A stretch of 53,217 bases of DNA from an uncultured Staphylococcus sp. (GTDB taxonomy: Bacteria > Bacillota_I > Bacilli_A > RFN20 > CAG-826), in assembly GCA_964579925.1 (NCBI GenBank), contig CAZOHK010000001.1, positions 1 through 53,217 of the forward strand, in the 5' to 3' direction. Made by a program: the position numbers and the translations under genes. Positions 1 through 8,935 of this stretch are shown here, one piece after another. Below the pieces are notes generated by a model. That model saw only the letters and a list, made by a program, of their open reading frames with translations. It did not search any database and was not told where the DNA came from. Positions within the stretch are counted from its first letter, which is position 1, and each line of letters starts with the position of its first letter.

Positions 1-219
1 CTCTTATATATTAAGAACATTTTAGCAAATCCTTGTTAAAGAAATGTAAAGACTAAGTCAAAAAAATTTACAATTCAACTTAGTAAAAATTTACAGCGCT
101 TTGGCTATAATGGAATTAATCTAAAAGTAAGTGCGCTTGAAAACAACTTTGAATGGCTAGATCAAAGCGGTTTATCACGGAACACTTACCTTGGTAATTT
201 CATTTAAAGGAGGAAAAAA

Positions 220-1329
220 ATGAAAAAACTTACCACAGCCGCCATGCTCGCCGTTGCTGGCTTCTCTTTATTGCTTTCTTCATGTGGCCCAGCCAATGAA
301 TACGAAATCGCCCTCGTTACTGACGTTGGTGATATCGATGACAAGTCCTTTAACCAAGGAGCTTGGGAAGGTGTTGTCGATTTTGCAGAAGAAAACAACA
401 GAACCTATCAATATTACAAACCAACCGCTGTCGACAATACGGAATATGTTAACACCATTGATTTAGCCATCGAAGGTGGAGCAAATGTTATTGTCACTCC
501 TGGTTTCTTATTTGAAACACCAATTTTCTTAGCCATGGACGAAAATCCAGAAGTTAGCTTTATTCTTCTAGATGGTGTTCCCCACAGTGCTGACTATTCT
601 GTTTTCCGCCAAGGCCGTAACGTCTTGTCCATTCTTTACGCAGAAGAACAAGCAGGTTTCCTTGCTGGTTATGCTGCCGTTGCTGATGGTTATCGTTCCT
701 TAGGCTTTATGGGTGGTATGGCAGTTCCAGCTGTTGTGAAGTTTGGTGTTGGTTTCATGCTTGGTGCCCAAGCTGCTGCAACCGATGAAAACGCAGACGT
801 GACGATTCAATATCACTATACTGGTGATTTTGCTGACACCCCAGACAATGCTGCAACCGCAGAAACCATGTTCGAAGCTGGCGTTGAAGTCATCTTTGCC
901 GCTGGTGGTGCTGTTGGTCTTTCGGTTATTTCCGAAGCAGAAAAAGCTGATAAGAAAGTTATTGGTGTTGACGTCAACCAAGGTTTAGCCTTAGGTAAAT
1001 TAGACACCGTGATCACCTCAGCGATGAAGGGTTTAGGCACTTCCGTTATCCAAGCCTTAGACGCTTTCTATGCAAACGAATTCCCAGGTGGTGAAGTTTG
1101 GGTATTAAACGCCTCTAATGATGGCGTTGGTTTACCAACCGATGAAGCTTCATGGGGTTTTGAAAACTTTACCGTCGAAGCGTATAACGACATTTATGAA
1201 GAATTAGCAACCGAAGCAACTACAGTCGATTTAATCTTAGATGGTTCAACCGTCACTGGTGCAACCGAAGCTCAAATCGAAGCATACGATGAAGCCATGA
1301 ATAAGGTTTCCGTAACCTTTGTTGCTTAG
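220..1329 (+). CDS. BMP-family (PnrA/Med-like) ABC transporter substrate-binding lipoprotein, probable nucleoside uptake
   Basis: 369-aa ORF. Signal peptide with lipobox LLSS-C (Cys22). BMP motif ALVTDVGDIDDKSFNQGAWEG. SD GGAGG at 209-213, 6 nt before the ATG. Followed by an ATPase and two permeases. Confidence 0.9.
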   Translation: MKKLTTAAMLAVAGFSLLLSSCGPANEYEIALVTDVGDIDDKSFNQGAWEGVVDFAEENNRTYQYYKPTAVDNTEYVNTIDLAIEGGANVIVTPGFLFETPIFLAMDENPEVSFILLDGVPHSADYSVFRQGRNVLSILYAEEQAGFLAGYAAVADGYRSLGFMGGMAVPAVVKFGVGFMLGAQAAATDENADVTIQYHYTGDFADTPDNAATAETMFEAGVEVIFAAGGAVGLSVISEAEKADKKVIGVDVNQGLALGKLDTVITSAMKGLGTSVIQALDAFYANEFPGGEVWVLNASNDGVGLPTDEASWGFENFTVEAYNDIYEELATEATTVDLILDGSTVTGATEAQIEAYDEAMNKVSVTFVA

Positions 1330-1350
1330 TTTGTTTTAAAGTTTATAAGA

Positions 1351-1380
1351 ACACAGGGTGGCAACCACCCTGTGTTTTTT
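1351..1380 (+). terminator. Rho-independent terminator/attenuator between the binding-protein gene and the ABC ATPase gene
   Basis: Perfect 11-bp stem ACACAGGGTGG (1351-1361) / CCACCCTGTGT (1365-1375) with a 3-nt loop, followed directly by a T-run to 1380. It lies 22 nt after the stop at 1329. Confidence 0.8.
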
Positions 1381-1393
1381 GTAAAATGAATAT

Positions 1394-2926
1394 ATGATGG
1401 ATCAACAATTAGAACCGATTATCTCAATGGTCAATATTACCAAGGTTTTTCCTGGTATCGTGGCCAATGATCAAATCAATTTGGAATTAATAAAAGGCGA
1501 GATTCATGCTTTGTTGGGTGAAAATGGAGCAGGAAAATCTACCTTAATGAGCGTGCTTTTTGGTTTGTATACTCCTGAGAGTGGCCAAATCAAAAAATAC
1601 GGATCTGTGATTAACATCAAAAATCCAAATGATGCTAATCGTTATGGGATTGGGATGGTCCATCAGCACTTTAAATTGGTAGAAGTGTTTACCGTGCTTG
1701 ATAACATTCTTTTAGGCACCGAACCGATGAATGGTCTTTTTATTGATCGTCAATTAGCGAGAAAAGAAATTATTCAATTATCCAACCAATATAAACTCGC
1801 AATTGATGTGGATGCAAAAATTGAAGATATTTCCGTAGGGATGCAACAACGTGTTGAAATACTAAAGATGCTTTATCGTAAAAACGACATTCTCATTTTC
1901 GATGAACCCACCGCGGTATTAACCCCCCAAGAAATCGAAGAATTAATAAAAATTCTCCACGATCTAAAGAATGAAGGTAAGTCAATCTTGTTTATCTCTC
2001 ACAAATTGAATGAAATCATGGCAGTTTCTGATCGTGTCACGGTATTACGTAAAGGAAAATCAGTTGGTACCCTTTGGACCAAAGAAACTAATCCTTCAGC
2101 ATTGTCAAACTTAATGGTGGGGAGAGAAATCTCCTTTGAAGTTGAAAAGGCATCTATTCCAGTAGGGGAAACGGCTCTAGAAGTTCGTGATCTAACTTAT
2201 CTTTCTCCAAGAACAAAAAAAGCAGTAGTTAATCACTTATCTTTTTCTGTTCGAAAAGGTGAAATTGTTGGATTAGCGGGGATTGAGGGCAATGGTCAGT
2301 CTGAACTTGCTTATTTAATTGCTGGATTATTACAAGCTAACTCAGGAAAAATAATGCTTAAAGGCACTGACGTAACGCATCAATCCGTTCGATCTCGTAA
2401 TGATTTAGGGTTAGCACATATTCCTGAAGATCGTCACAAGTATGGATTGATGTTAGATCATCCACTTTATCAAAATTTATTATTAAAAAAATACCATCGT
2501 GAACCTTTTCAAAAAAATGGCATTATTCAAAAAAGAAAATGGTTAACATTGGCAAGTTCCTTAATTCAAAAATTTGATGTTCGCTCTGGAAAAGGGATTC
2601 ACTCATTAACACGAAGTCTTAGTGGTGGTAATCAACAAAAAGCAATTATTGCCCGGGAAATTGATAGTAACGCCGATGTCATGCTCGCCGTTCAATTGAC
2701 AAGAGGTTTAGATGTGGGTGCAATTGAATATATCCATTCACAAATTTTGAACCAACGTGAACAAGGTAAAGCGATTCTTCTCATCTCTTTAGAACTAGAG
2801 GAAATATTGAAATTGTCTGATCGAATCCTAGTCATTTTTGAAGGGAAGATTGTTGCCGAATTAATGCCAAAAGAAACCTCAAAAGAATCAATTGGTTTAT
2901 ATATGTCTGGTGGTAAAGTCTCATGA
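1394..2926 (+). CDS. ABC transporter ATP-binding protein with duplicated ATPase domains (nucleoside/sugar type)
   Basis: 510 aa. Walker A GENGAGKST, signature LSGGNQQK, second P-loop-like GIEGNGQSEL. ATGA overlap with the next gene. Confidence 0.9.
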   Translation: MMDQQLEPIISMVNITKVFPGIVANDQINLELIKGEIHALLGENGAGKSTLMSVLFGLYTPESGQIKKYGSVINIKNPNDANRYGIGMVHQHFKLVEVFTVLDNILLGTEPMNGLFIDRQLARKEIIQLSNQYKLAIDVDAKIEDISVGMQQRVEILKMLYRKNDILIFDEPTAVLTPQEIEELIKILHDLKNEGKSILFISHKLNEIMAVSDRVTVLRKGKSVGTLWTKETNPSALSNLMVGREISFEVEKASIPVGETALEVRDLTYLSPRTKKAVVNHLSFSVRKGEIVGLAGIEGNGQSELAYLIAGLLQANSGKIMLKGTDVTHQSVRSRNDLGLAHIPEDRHKYGLMLDHPLYQNLLLKKYHREPFQKNGIIQKRKWLTLASSLIQKFDVRSGKGIHSLTRSLSGGNQQKAIIAREIDSNADVMLAVQLTRGLDVGAIEYIHSQILNQREQGKAILLISLELEEILKLSDRILVIFEGKIVAELMPKETSKESIGLYMSGGKVS

Positions 2927-3999
2927 AATTCCAAGCATTTTTTTCCTCCATCATCGCCATTATTCTTGGATTGTTTTTTGGTTTAGTCATCATGATCATC
3001 GCCAATCCATTTACAGCTTTTCCAGGTTTTTCAACGATGATTGGTGGTTGGTTAACAACCGAATTTCTAAGACGCTTGGGCGATTTAGTTTTCTTAGCAG
3101 GTCCGTTAATCCTCACTGGATTATCGGTAGGTTTTGCATTTAAAACAGGATTATTTAATATCGGGGCTACTGGGCAATATACGATGGGAATGTTTGCAGG
3201 GGTTTTTGTTGGTATTCACGGCGATTTCTTAGGACCTCTCCAATGGGTATTTGCGTTTATCGCTGCCATGATTTTTGGTGGCTTATGGGGTTTGATCCCT
3301 GGTTTACTTAAAGCTTATTTTAATGTTCATGAGGTTATTGCATCGATCATGTTGAATTACATTGGCATGTATACAGTCAATGTTTGGATTCAAGGTGATG
3401 CGAATTTGTTTAACGTTGCCTTTTCAAAAACTCGGCCCATCGATTTAAATGCCTATATTCCAACAACCTTTTTACGTGATATCTTTGAACGATCGTCGAT
3501 TGATTTTGGCATTATCCTTGCCTTAGGTTTTTCAATCTTGATTTACTTTATTTTATACAAAACGAAATTTGGTTTTGAGTTACAAGCTGTGGGATCAAAT
3601 CGATTCGCCGCAAAATATAGTGGCATCAAAGAAAATCGAAGTGTCATTTTATCCATGGTCGTTGCTGGCGCACTTGCTGGTGCAGCTGGCGCACTTTACT
3701 TTTTAGGTAAAGGATCGATTAATAGTGGCAATCAATATTCCGTCGGTAACGAATTGATGACGGCAGGTTTTGATGGTATTGCGGTCGCATTACTCGGTCA
3801 ATCCCATCCATTTGGTATTGTCCTTTCTGCCTTCTTTATTTCTTTCATCCAAAGGGGTGGATATTTCATGCAAACCCTTGGTATCAAGGTCGAAATTATT
3901 GATGTCATCATCGCAGCCATCATTTATACATCCGCGATGGCAATGCTCGTCAAAGATACGTTAATCAAGTGGTTAAAGGTTGGGGGTAAGAAAAAATGA
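2923..3999 (+). CDS. ABC transporter permease (BMP/nucleoside system)
   Basis: 358-aa polytopic hydrophobic protein. Start overlaps the upstream stop by 4 nt. Operon context. Confidence 0.85.
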   Translation: MKFQAFFSSIIAIILGLFFGLVIMIIANPFTAFPGFSTMIGGWLTTEFLRRLGDLVFLAGPLILTGLSVGFAFKTGLFNIGATGQYTMGMFAGVFVGIHGDFLGPLQWVFAFIAAMIFGGLWGLIPGLLKAYFNVHEVIASIMLNYIGMYTVNVWIQGDANLFNVAFSKTRPIDLNAYIPTTFLRDIFERSSIDFGIILALGFSILIYFILYKTKFGFELQAVGSNRFAAKYSGIKENRSVILSMVVAGALAGAAGALYFLGKGSINSGNQYSVGNELMTAGFDGIAVALLGQSHPFGIVLSAFFISFIQRGGYFMQTLGIKVEIIDVIIAAIIYTSAMAMLVKDTLIKWLKVGGKKK

Positions 4000-4964
4000 G
4001 CTTTTCTGAACTCTTCATCATCATTGCGAATTCAACGTTGTTTTTCACCGTGCCACTTTTAATCACGGCATTAGGTGGCATGTTTGCAGAAAAAAGTGGT
4101 GTCGTTAATATTTCTTTAGAAGGAACGATGGTGTTTGGTTCGTTCTTTTCGATTTTCTTTATTAATTGGATGCAACAACAATTCCCTGATTTTAATCCCA
4201 GCTTACTTTTATTGTTAGCGGCATTGATTGCTGCATTAAGTGGGGCCCTACTTTCTACCTTGCTTGCATTTTCTGCGGTTAACTTGAAAGCAAATCAAGT
4301 CATTGGTGGAACTGCGATTAATTTATTTGCCGCGCCAATGGTCATCTTTATTGCAAGAACGATTAATAATGTTAAGAATATTCCTTTTGATCAAACCTTT
4401 AATATTCAAAAGGTCCCCCTTTTAGGTGATATTCCGATTTTAGGTGAAATCTTATTCCAAGATATTAATATCCTTAGCTTTACGGGTTATCTCATCGCCA
4501 TCATTTCAATCATTGTGATTTATAAGACGCGATTTGGACTTCGATTGTCTGCGGTTGGAGAACATCCATCTGCGGCTGATTCGGTTGGCATTCCTGTTTA
4601 TCAGATGAGATGGATTGGTACCTTAATTTCTGGCGCGCTTGCAGGTATTGGTGGGCTTGTCTTTGTGGTGTCAAGTTCAGTTACCTTTTCTGGTCAAGTG
4701 AGTGGTTATGGATTTTTAGCCTTAGCAGTGATGATTTTTGGTCAATGGAAACCAGAAAAAATTCTGTTTGCGAGTTTGTTTTTTGGATTGATGAATGCCT
4801 TAAGTATCAAATATACACTCATCCCTTTCTTTGATGGATTATCCTTAGGTTACTTTTTCACCATTCTTCCTTATGTTGCAACACTGCTTGCATTGATGTT
4901 AACGAGTAAAAAATCCAGAGCCCCAAAAGCAGAAGGTATTCCTTACGATAAAGGTAGTCGATAA
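3996..4964 (+). CDS. ABC transporter permease (BMP/nucleoside system)
   Basis: 322-aa polytopic hydrophobic protein. 4-nt overlap with the previous permease. Operon context. Confidence 0.85.
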   Translation: MSFSELFIIIANSTLFFTVPLLITALGGMFAEKSGVVNISLEGTMVFGSFFSIFFINWMQQQFPDFNPSLLLLLAALIAALSGALLSTLLAFSAVNLKANQVIGGTAINLFAAPMVIFIARTINNVKNIPFDQTFNIQKVPLLGDIPILGEILFQDINILSFTGYLIAIISIIVIYKTRFGLRLSAVGEHPSAADSVGIPVYQMRWIGTLISGALAGIGGLVFVVSSSVTFSGQVSGYGFLALAVMIFGQWKPEKILFASLFFGLMNALSIKYTLIPFFDGLSLGYFFTILPYVATLLALMLTSKKSRAPKAEGIPYDKGSR

Positions 4965-4965
4965 T

Positions 4966-5595
4966 TTAAAGTAGATTCAAATGCTTTTGTAGCGATTCGA
5001 TTAATTTTCCAAGATGAATGCCGTCCACCAAACCATGGTGGGCTTCAATTGATAAATTTAAAATTTTTCTTCCGTTCAGGTCAATAAACTTACTCCAACT
5101 TACCCTAGGGACTGAATCAGTTGGTCCAAGTTTTGTCGCATGTGTAAAGTGGGTAAATTGCGCCCAGGGAAATGATGTGACGTAGATGGTATTTAAAACT
5201 GCTTCCGTTTTAAGGTTGATGAGTTGAGAACCTTGTTTTCTTGATGCAATGACCGCTTCTTCTTCGAATATGACCGGATTCGGATTCACCTTCACAAACA
5301 CCATTTTGAATAAATCCGTTTGCTCAATCAGATCGGTAAACGACACAAATTGAATCGGTTCATCAAACACTTTTCCTTTTTGAATACGATACCGGAAGTT
5401 CTCGACTTGATTCATCTCATGGATGATAAGGTGCATGAAGGCAAAATAAATACGGCGATCTTGTTGTTTACACCATTGATAAAGGTTGGTGACGTCAATC
5501 GGAAACGTCATATTGAATCTTGGTATTTGGTAACCTTTAAAAAATTGGTAGTGTTGATTCCGTGGCCAGGTTTTGAAATCAATGACTTTCTTCAT
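4966..5595 (-). CDS. Chloramphenicol O-acetyltransferase (CAT, type A)-family protein
   Basis: 209 aa, CAT-like length and layout. Conserved catalytic block HHGLVDGIH (compare HHAVCDGYH) and TSFPW (compare the SxxPW region). Confidence 0.75.
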   Translation of the reverse strand: MKKVIDFKTWPRNQHYQFFKGYQIPRFNMTFPIDVTNLYQWCKQQDRRIYFAFMHLIIHEMNQVENFRYRIQKGKVFDEPIQFVSFTDLIEQTDLFKMVFVKVNPNPVIFEEEAVIASRKQGSQLINLKTEAVLNTIYVTSFPWAQFTHFTHATKLGPTDSVPRVSWSKFIDLNGRKILNLSIEAHHGLVDGIHLGKLIESLQKHLNLL

Positions 5596-5700
5596 GGGTT
5601 CATTCTATCACGATGACGTGGAGTTGAATTAACAAAAACTATACAGAAAATTGACGATTCAAAAGTCATTTTTACTTATAGTAATGATGGAGGAAAAAAC

Positions 5701-6138
5701 ATGATACGTGTTCTTTTCATTTGTATCCATAATTCCGCGCGAAGTCAAATGGCCGAAGCTTTTCTTCAACAACTCGGAAAAGGAAAGTTTATCGTAGAAA
5801 GTGCTGGATTAGAAGCTGGCAACCTCAACCCAATCGCAGTCAAAGCGATGGCAGAAGTCGGTTATGACATTTCCAAGAACAAGACAAAGTCCGTCTTTGA
5901 TTTTTTTAAACAAGGAAAGCGCTATGAAATTGTCGTGAAAGTTTGTGACGCTTTAAACGGGCAACGATGCCCCATTTTTCCAAGTACCAAAGTGACGTTG
6001 AATTGGGACTTAACCGATCCATCCAGTTTACCAGGAACCCCAGAACAAAAATTAGCGGCGATTCGCCCGATTCGCGACCTCATCAAAATCAAAGTTGAAA
6101 CCTTAATTCGTGACTACGCAAACATGAAGTTCATTTAA
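5701..6138 (+). CDS. arsC: Arsenate reductase, thioredoxin-coupled LMW-PTP type
   Basis: 145 aa. P-loop CIHNSARS (CX5R) plus the distal Cys pair in VCDALNGQRCP, matching the Cys10/Cys82/Cys89 triad of Bacillus/Staphylococcus ArsC. SD GGAGG upstream. Confidence 0.8.
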   Translation: MIRVLFICIHNSARSQMAEAFLQQLGKGKFIVESAGLEAGNLNPIAVKAMAEVGYDISKNKTKSVFDFFKQGKRYEIVVKVCDALNGQRCPIFPSTKVTLNWDLTDPSSLPGTPEQKLAAIRPIRDLIKIKVETLIRDYANMKFI

Positions 6139-7135
6139 ATTGATTAATTAAGCGTTCGTTTTGAAGATAAAGTTGAAGATTCGCATAGAGGGATTGAAAC
6201 ATTCGTTCTAAGTTTTGAACGGATGTAAAGGAAATATGTGGCGTTAAGGTCACATTTTCTAGCGCCCAATAAGGGTGATCTTTTGGTAAAGGTTCTTTTG
6301 AGAAGGTGTCTAATACGGCATGGCGAATTTTTTTCTCTTGTAAGAGTGAAACAAGCGAACCTTCATCTAATAATTCACTTCTACCCACATTCACAAAAAT
6401 CGCTTTGGGCGATAAACTTTGAAGGACATCGGCACTGAGGATGCCTTTGGTTTGTTCGTTTAATGCTAAACTTGCGACAACGATTTCATAATTGGCGAGA
6501 TTAGCTTTCATCTCATCCAATCGATACACTTGATTGACATACATCGAATCGACTTCAGACCGATTAAATGCATCAACCTTTGCTCCGAAAAATGAAAATG
6601 TTTTTGCGATTTGTTTACCAATTTGACCCATACCAAGAATGGCCACGCGTTTTCCTGCTAATTCTTCGTTGTGGCGCGAAGGTCGCCATTGTTGTTCTTT
6701 TTGGGTTTGAGTAAAAAATCGATGGTTTTGATAAACCGACAAGACATGACTCAAGACATACTCCGCCATCGGTTTGTTAAATACGCCACGCGATCCACTG
6801 ACGACCGCATGTGCGAGTTTTGGATGAGACAAAGGAATTTGGTCTAATCCAGAGGTTGCCACTTGCAAATAATCTAAAACCGGAAGGGTGTTGATGTTTG
6901 CTTCAATAAAAAATTGATCGGAAAAAATGGCATTAACATCAGCGTCTAATGTCTTGGTGACAGTCACGCCCAGATTGGTCAATAAAGCCAATTGGCTTGG
7001 GTTCAGCATTAAGAATCGAACATAAAGTTTTAATGTTTTCATATCATCATTATAAATTCGATTCGGATAGAATTCGACCATAGTGCTTTCTTTTGTAGAC
7101 GAAACTTCATTGAATTTGTTAATATATGTATACAA
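6131..7135 (-). CDS. D-isomer-specific 2-hydroxyacid dehydrogenase family, NAD-binding
   Basis: Rossmann motif GKRVAILGMGQIGKQIA and C-terminal catalytic region LTPHISF. Start uncertain: the maximal ORF starts at 7135, and internal ATGs at 7081 (MVEFYP) or 7042 (MKTLKLYV) are more plausible. Confidence 0.75.
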   Translation of the reverse strand: MYTYINKFNEVSSTKESTMVEFYPNRIYNDDMKTLKLYVRFLMLNPSQLALLTNLGVTVTKTLDADVNAIFSDQFFIEANINTLPVLDYLQVATSGLDQIPLSHPKLAHAVVSGSRGVFNKPMAEYVLSHVLSVYQNHRFFTQTQKEQQWRPSRHNEELAGKRVAILGMGQIGKQIAKTFSFFGAKVDAFNRSEVDSMYVNQVYRLDEMKANLANYEIVVASLALNEQTKGILSADVLQSLSPKAIFVNVGRSELLDEGSLVSLLQEKKIRHAVLDTFSKEPLPKDHPYWALENVTLTPHISFTSVQNLERMFQSLYANLQLYLQNERLINQFK

Positions 7136-7626
7136 TGTTTAAAATATTCGGTGATAACTTTCGCGAAGTCTTTTTAAAGTTTTACTTTCAATCGTATTTA
7201 TTGATGGAACGATCTTTAAGAATCCGTTCTCAAAATCAATTAACGATTCGAGAAATGTTACTACTTGGTTTCTTTGAACGCTTGAAAAAAACAAACAATC
7301 ACACGGTGATGAACGTCGCAAAATACTTACAAGTTTCACCACCTGTGATCTCGAGTTCCGTCAAATCCTTGATTCGTAAAGGTTATGTTACAAAAGTGCT
7401 GAACCCTGAAGATAATCGGATCTACTTTCTTGAACTCACAGAAAAAGGGTTACTCTCTAATCAACGATCCTTTCAATTTAGTAACAAACTATTAGAAAAA
7501 GGTACTGGAAAATTATCATTATTTGATATGAAATCCTTACTAAAAGCTTTTCGACTTGTCGAAACGGTCATCGATGAAGAAAACCAAGTCCTTGACGAAG
7601 AAGAAAAACTAAAAGCCACGAAATAA
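7126..7626 (+). CDS. MarR-family transcriptional regulator
   Basis: 166 aa. Winged-HTH region TIREMLLLGFF...VMNVAKYLQVSPPVISSSVKSLIRKGYV...DNRIYFLELTEKG. Start uncertain (7126 or 7135). Confidence 0.8.
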   Translation: MYTMFKIFGDNFREVFLKFYFQSYLLMERSLRIRSQNQLTIREMLLLGFFERLKKTNNHTVMNVAKYLQVSPPVISSSVKSLIRKGYVTKVLNPEDNRIYFLELTEKGLLSNQRSFQFSNKLLEKGTGKLSLFDMKSLLKAFRLVETVIDEENQVLDEEEKLKATK

Positions 7627-7673
7627 TGATCTTTTCTATCTAAATTGATTTATAACCGCACAAAAGTGATGGA

Positions 7674-7701
7674 GTAAACGGATTGGGTTTACGATTTTTT
7701 T
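7674..7701 (+). terminator. Weak candidate intrinsic terminator after the marR-like gene
   Basis: 6-bp stem GTAAAC (7674-7679) / GTTTAC (7687-7692) with a 7-nt loop, then GATTTTTTT. The stem is short. Confidence 0.3.
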
Positions 7702-7741
7702 AAATTTAGAGTAAAATTAGCATAGTTTTAAGGAGCATCAC

Positions 7742-8935
7742 ATGATTATCAAACCATCAATTCGCGGAAACATTTTTACGAACAGTCATCCGATCGGTTG
7801 TCAACGTTATGTCGAATCTCTAATTTCGGAAGCCAGAACACTTTCAAATTTTGAAGGGCCCAAAAAAGTTTTGATCATTGGTGGTTCTTCTGGTTATGGT
7901 TTATCAACACGCGTCACGCTTGCGGTCAACGCCAATGCAGAAACGATTAATGTTTCCTTTGAATCCAGACCAAAGGGTGATCGTACCGGATCGGCTGGTT
8001 GGTGGAATAATCTTTATTTTCAAAAAGCGTTTGAGAAAAGTGGAAAAATCCATAAAGACTTTGTGGGTGATGCATTTTCTTCAGAGATGAAACAACAAGT
8101 GATGGCCTATATCAAAGAAAAATTTGGAAAACTTGATCTCATCGTTTACTCACTTGCAGCAGGGGCAAGACAAAATCCTTCTACCGGAGAATTGGTGCGT
8201 TCTAGTTTAAAAACCATCGGTGAACCAGCAACAGGTAAGACCATTGATATTGGTGAAATGCAAATTAAAGATATCGTCGTATCACCTGCAACTGAACAAG
8301 AAATCAAAGACACCGTTTATGTCATGGGGGGCAGTGATTGGTTTGATTGGGTGAAATTATTGAATGATGCAAAATTATTAAATCAAGGCGCAAAGGCGAT
8401 TTCTTATACGTATATCGGTAGTAAGAATAATGCAAAGATCTATCGAGATGGAACGATTGGCCGTGCAAAGGATGATCTAGAAGCGGCCGGGGTTCGTATT
8501 GACCAAATGCTTAAACAATCCATCAAAGGCGAAGGCTTAATATCAGTTTCAAAAGCCGTGGTCACCAAAGCAAGTGTCTTTATTCCAAAAATTGCTTTCT
8601 ATGTATCGACCATGTTTGAAGTCATGAAAAAACATAAAGTTCATGAATCCACCTTGCAACACAAACATCGTTTATTTAAAGATATGGTGTATGGCCAAAA
8701 ACGCTTACTTGATGAAAAGAAAAGAATTCGGGTTGATCATTTCGAAATGCAAGCAAACATTCAAGCGGAAATTGATGCGATGGGTAAACAGTATGAAAAC
8801 GAATCGATTTTCAAACTTGCTGGAACCAAGCAGTTCGTCGATGAGTTTCACCAAATTCATGGATTCCGTATGCCTGGTGTTAATTATGATGCAGATGTGA
8901 ACATGGACGCCTTAAGCTTGTTGGAACCAAAATAA
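7742..8935 (+). CDS. fabV: Enoyl-[acyl-carrier-protein] reductase FabV / trans-2-enoyl-CoA reductase (NADH)
   Basis: 397 aa. Diagnostic N-terminus MIIKPSIRGNIFTNSHPIGC and GGSSGYGLS nucleotide-binding loop. SD AAGGAG upstream. Confidence 0.9.
   Translation: MIIKPSIRGNIFTNSHPIGCQRYVESLISEARTLSNFEGPKKVLIIGGSSGYGLSTRVTLAVNANAETINVSFESRPKGDRTGSAGWWNNLYFQKAFEKSGKIHKDFVGDAFSSEMKQQVMAYIKEKFGKLDLIVYSLAAGARQNPSTGELVRSSLKTIGEPATGKTIDIGEMQIKDIVVSPATEQEIKDTVYVMGGSDWFDWVKLLNDAKLLNQGAKAISYTYIGSKNNAKIYRDGTIGRAKDDLEAAGVRIDQMLKQSIKGEGLISVSKAVVTKASVFIPKIAFYVSTMFEVMKKHKVHESTLQHKHRLFKDMVYGQKRLLDEKKRIRVDHFEMQANIQAEIDAMGKQYENESIFKLAGTKQFVDEFHQIHGFRMPGVNYDADVNMDALSLLEPK

Noticed and set aside
7126-7135. Apparent 10-nt overlap of the 5' ends of the divergent dehydrogenase and marR genes.
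   Set aside because: Overlapping divergent starts would leave no promoter space. The dehydrogenase most likely starts at 7081 or 7042, so the overlap is an artefact of maximal-ORF calling.
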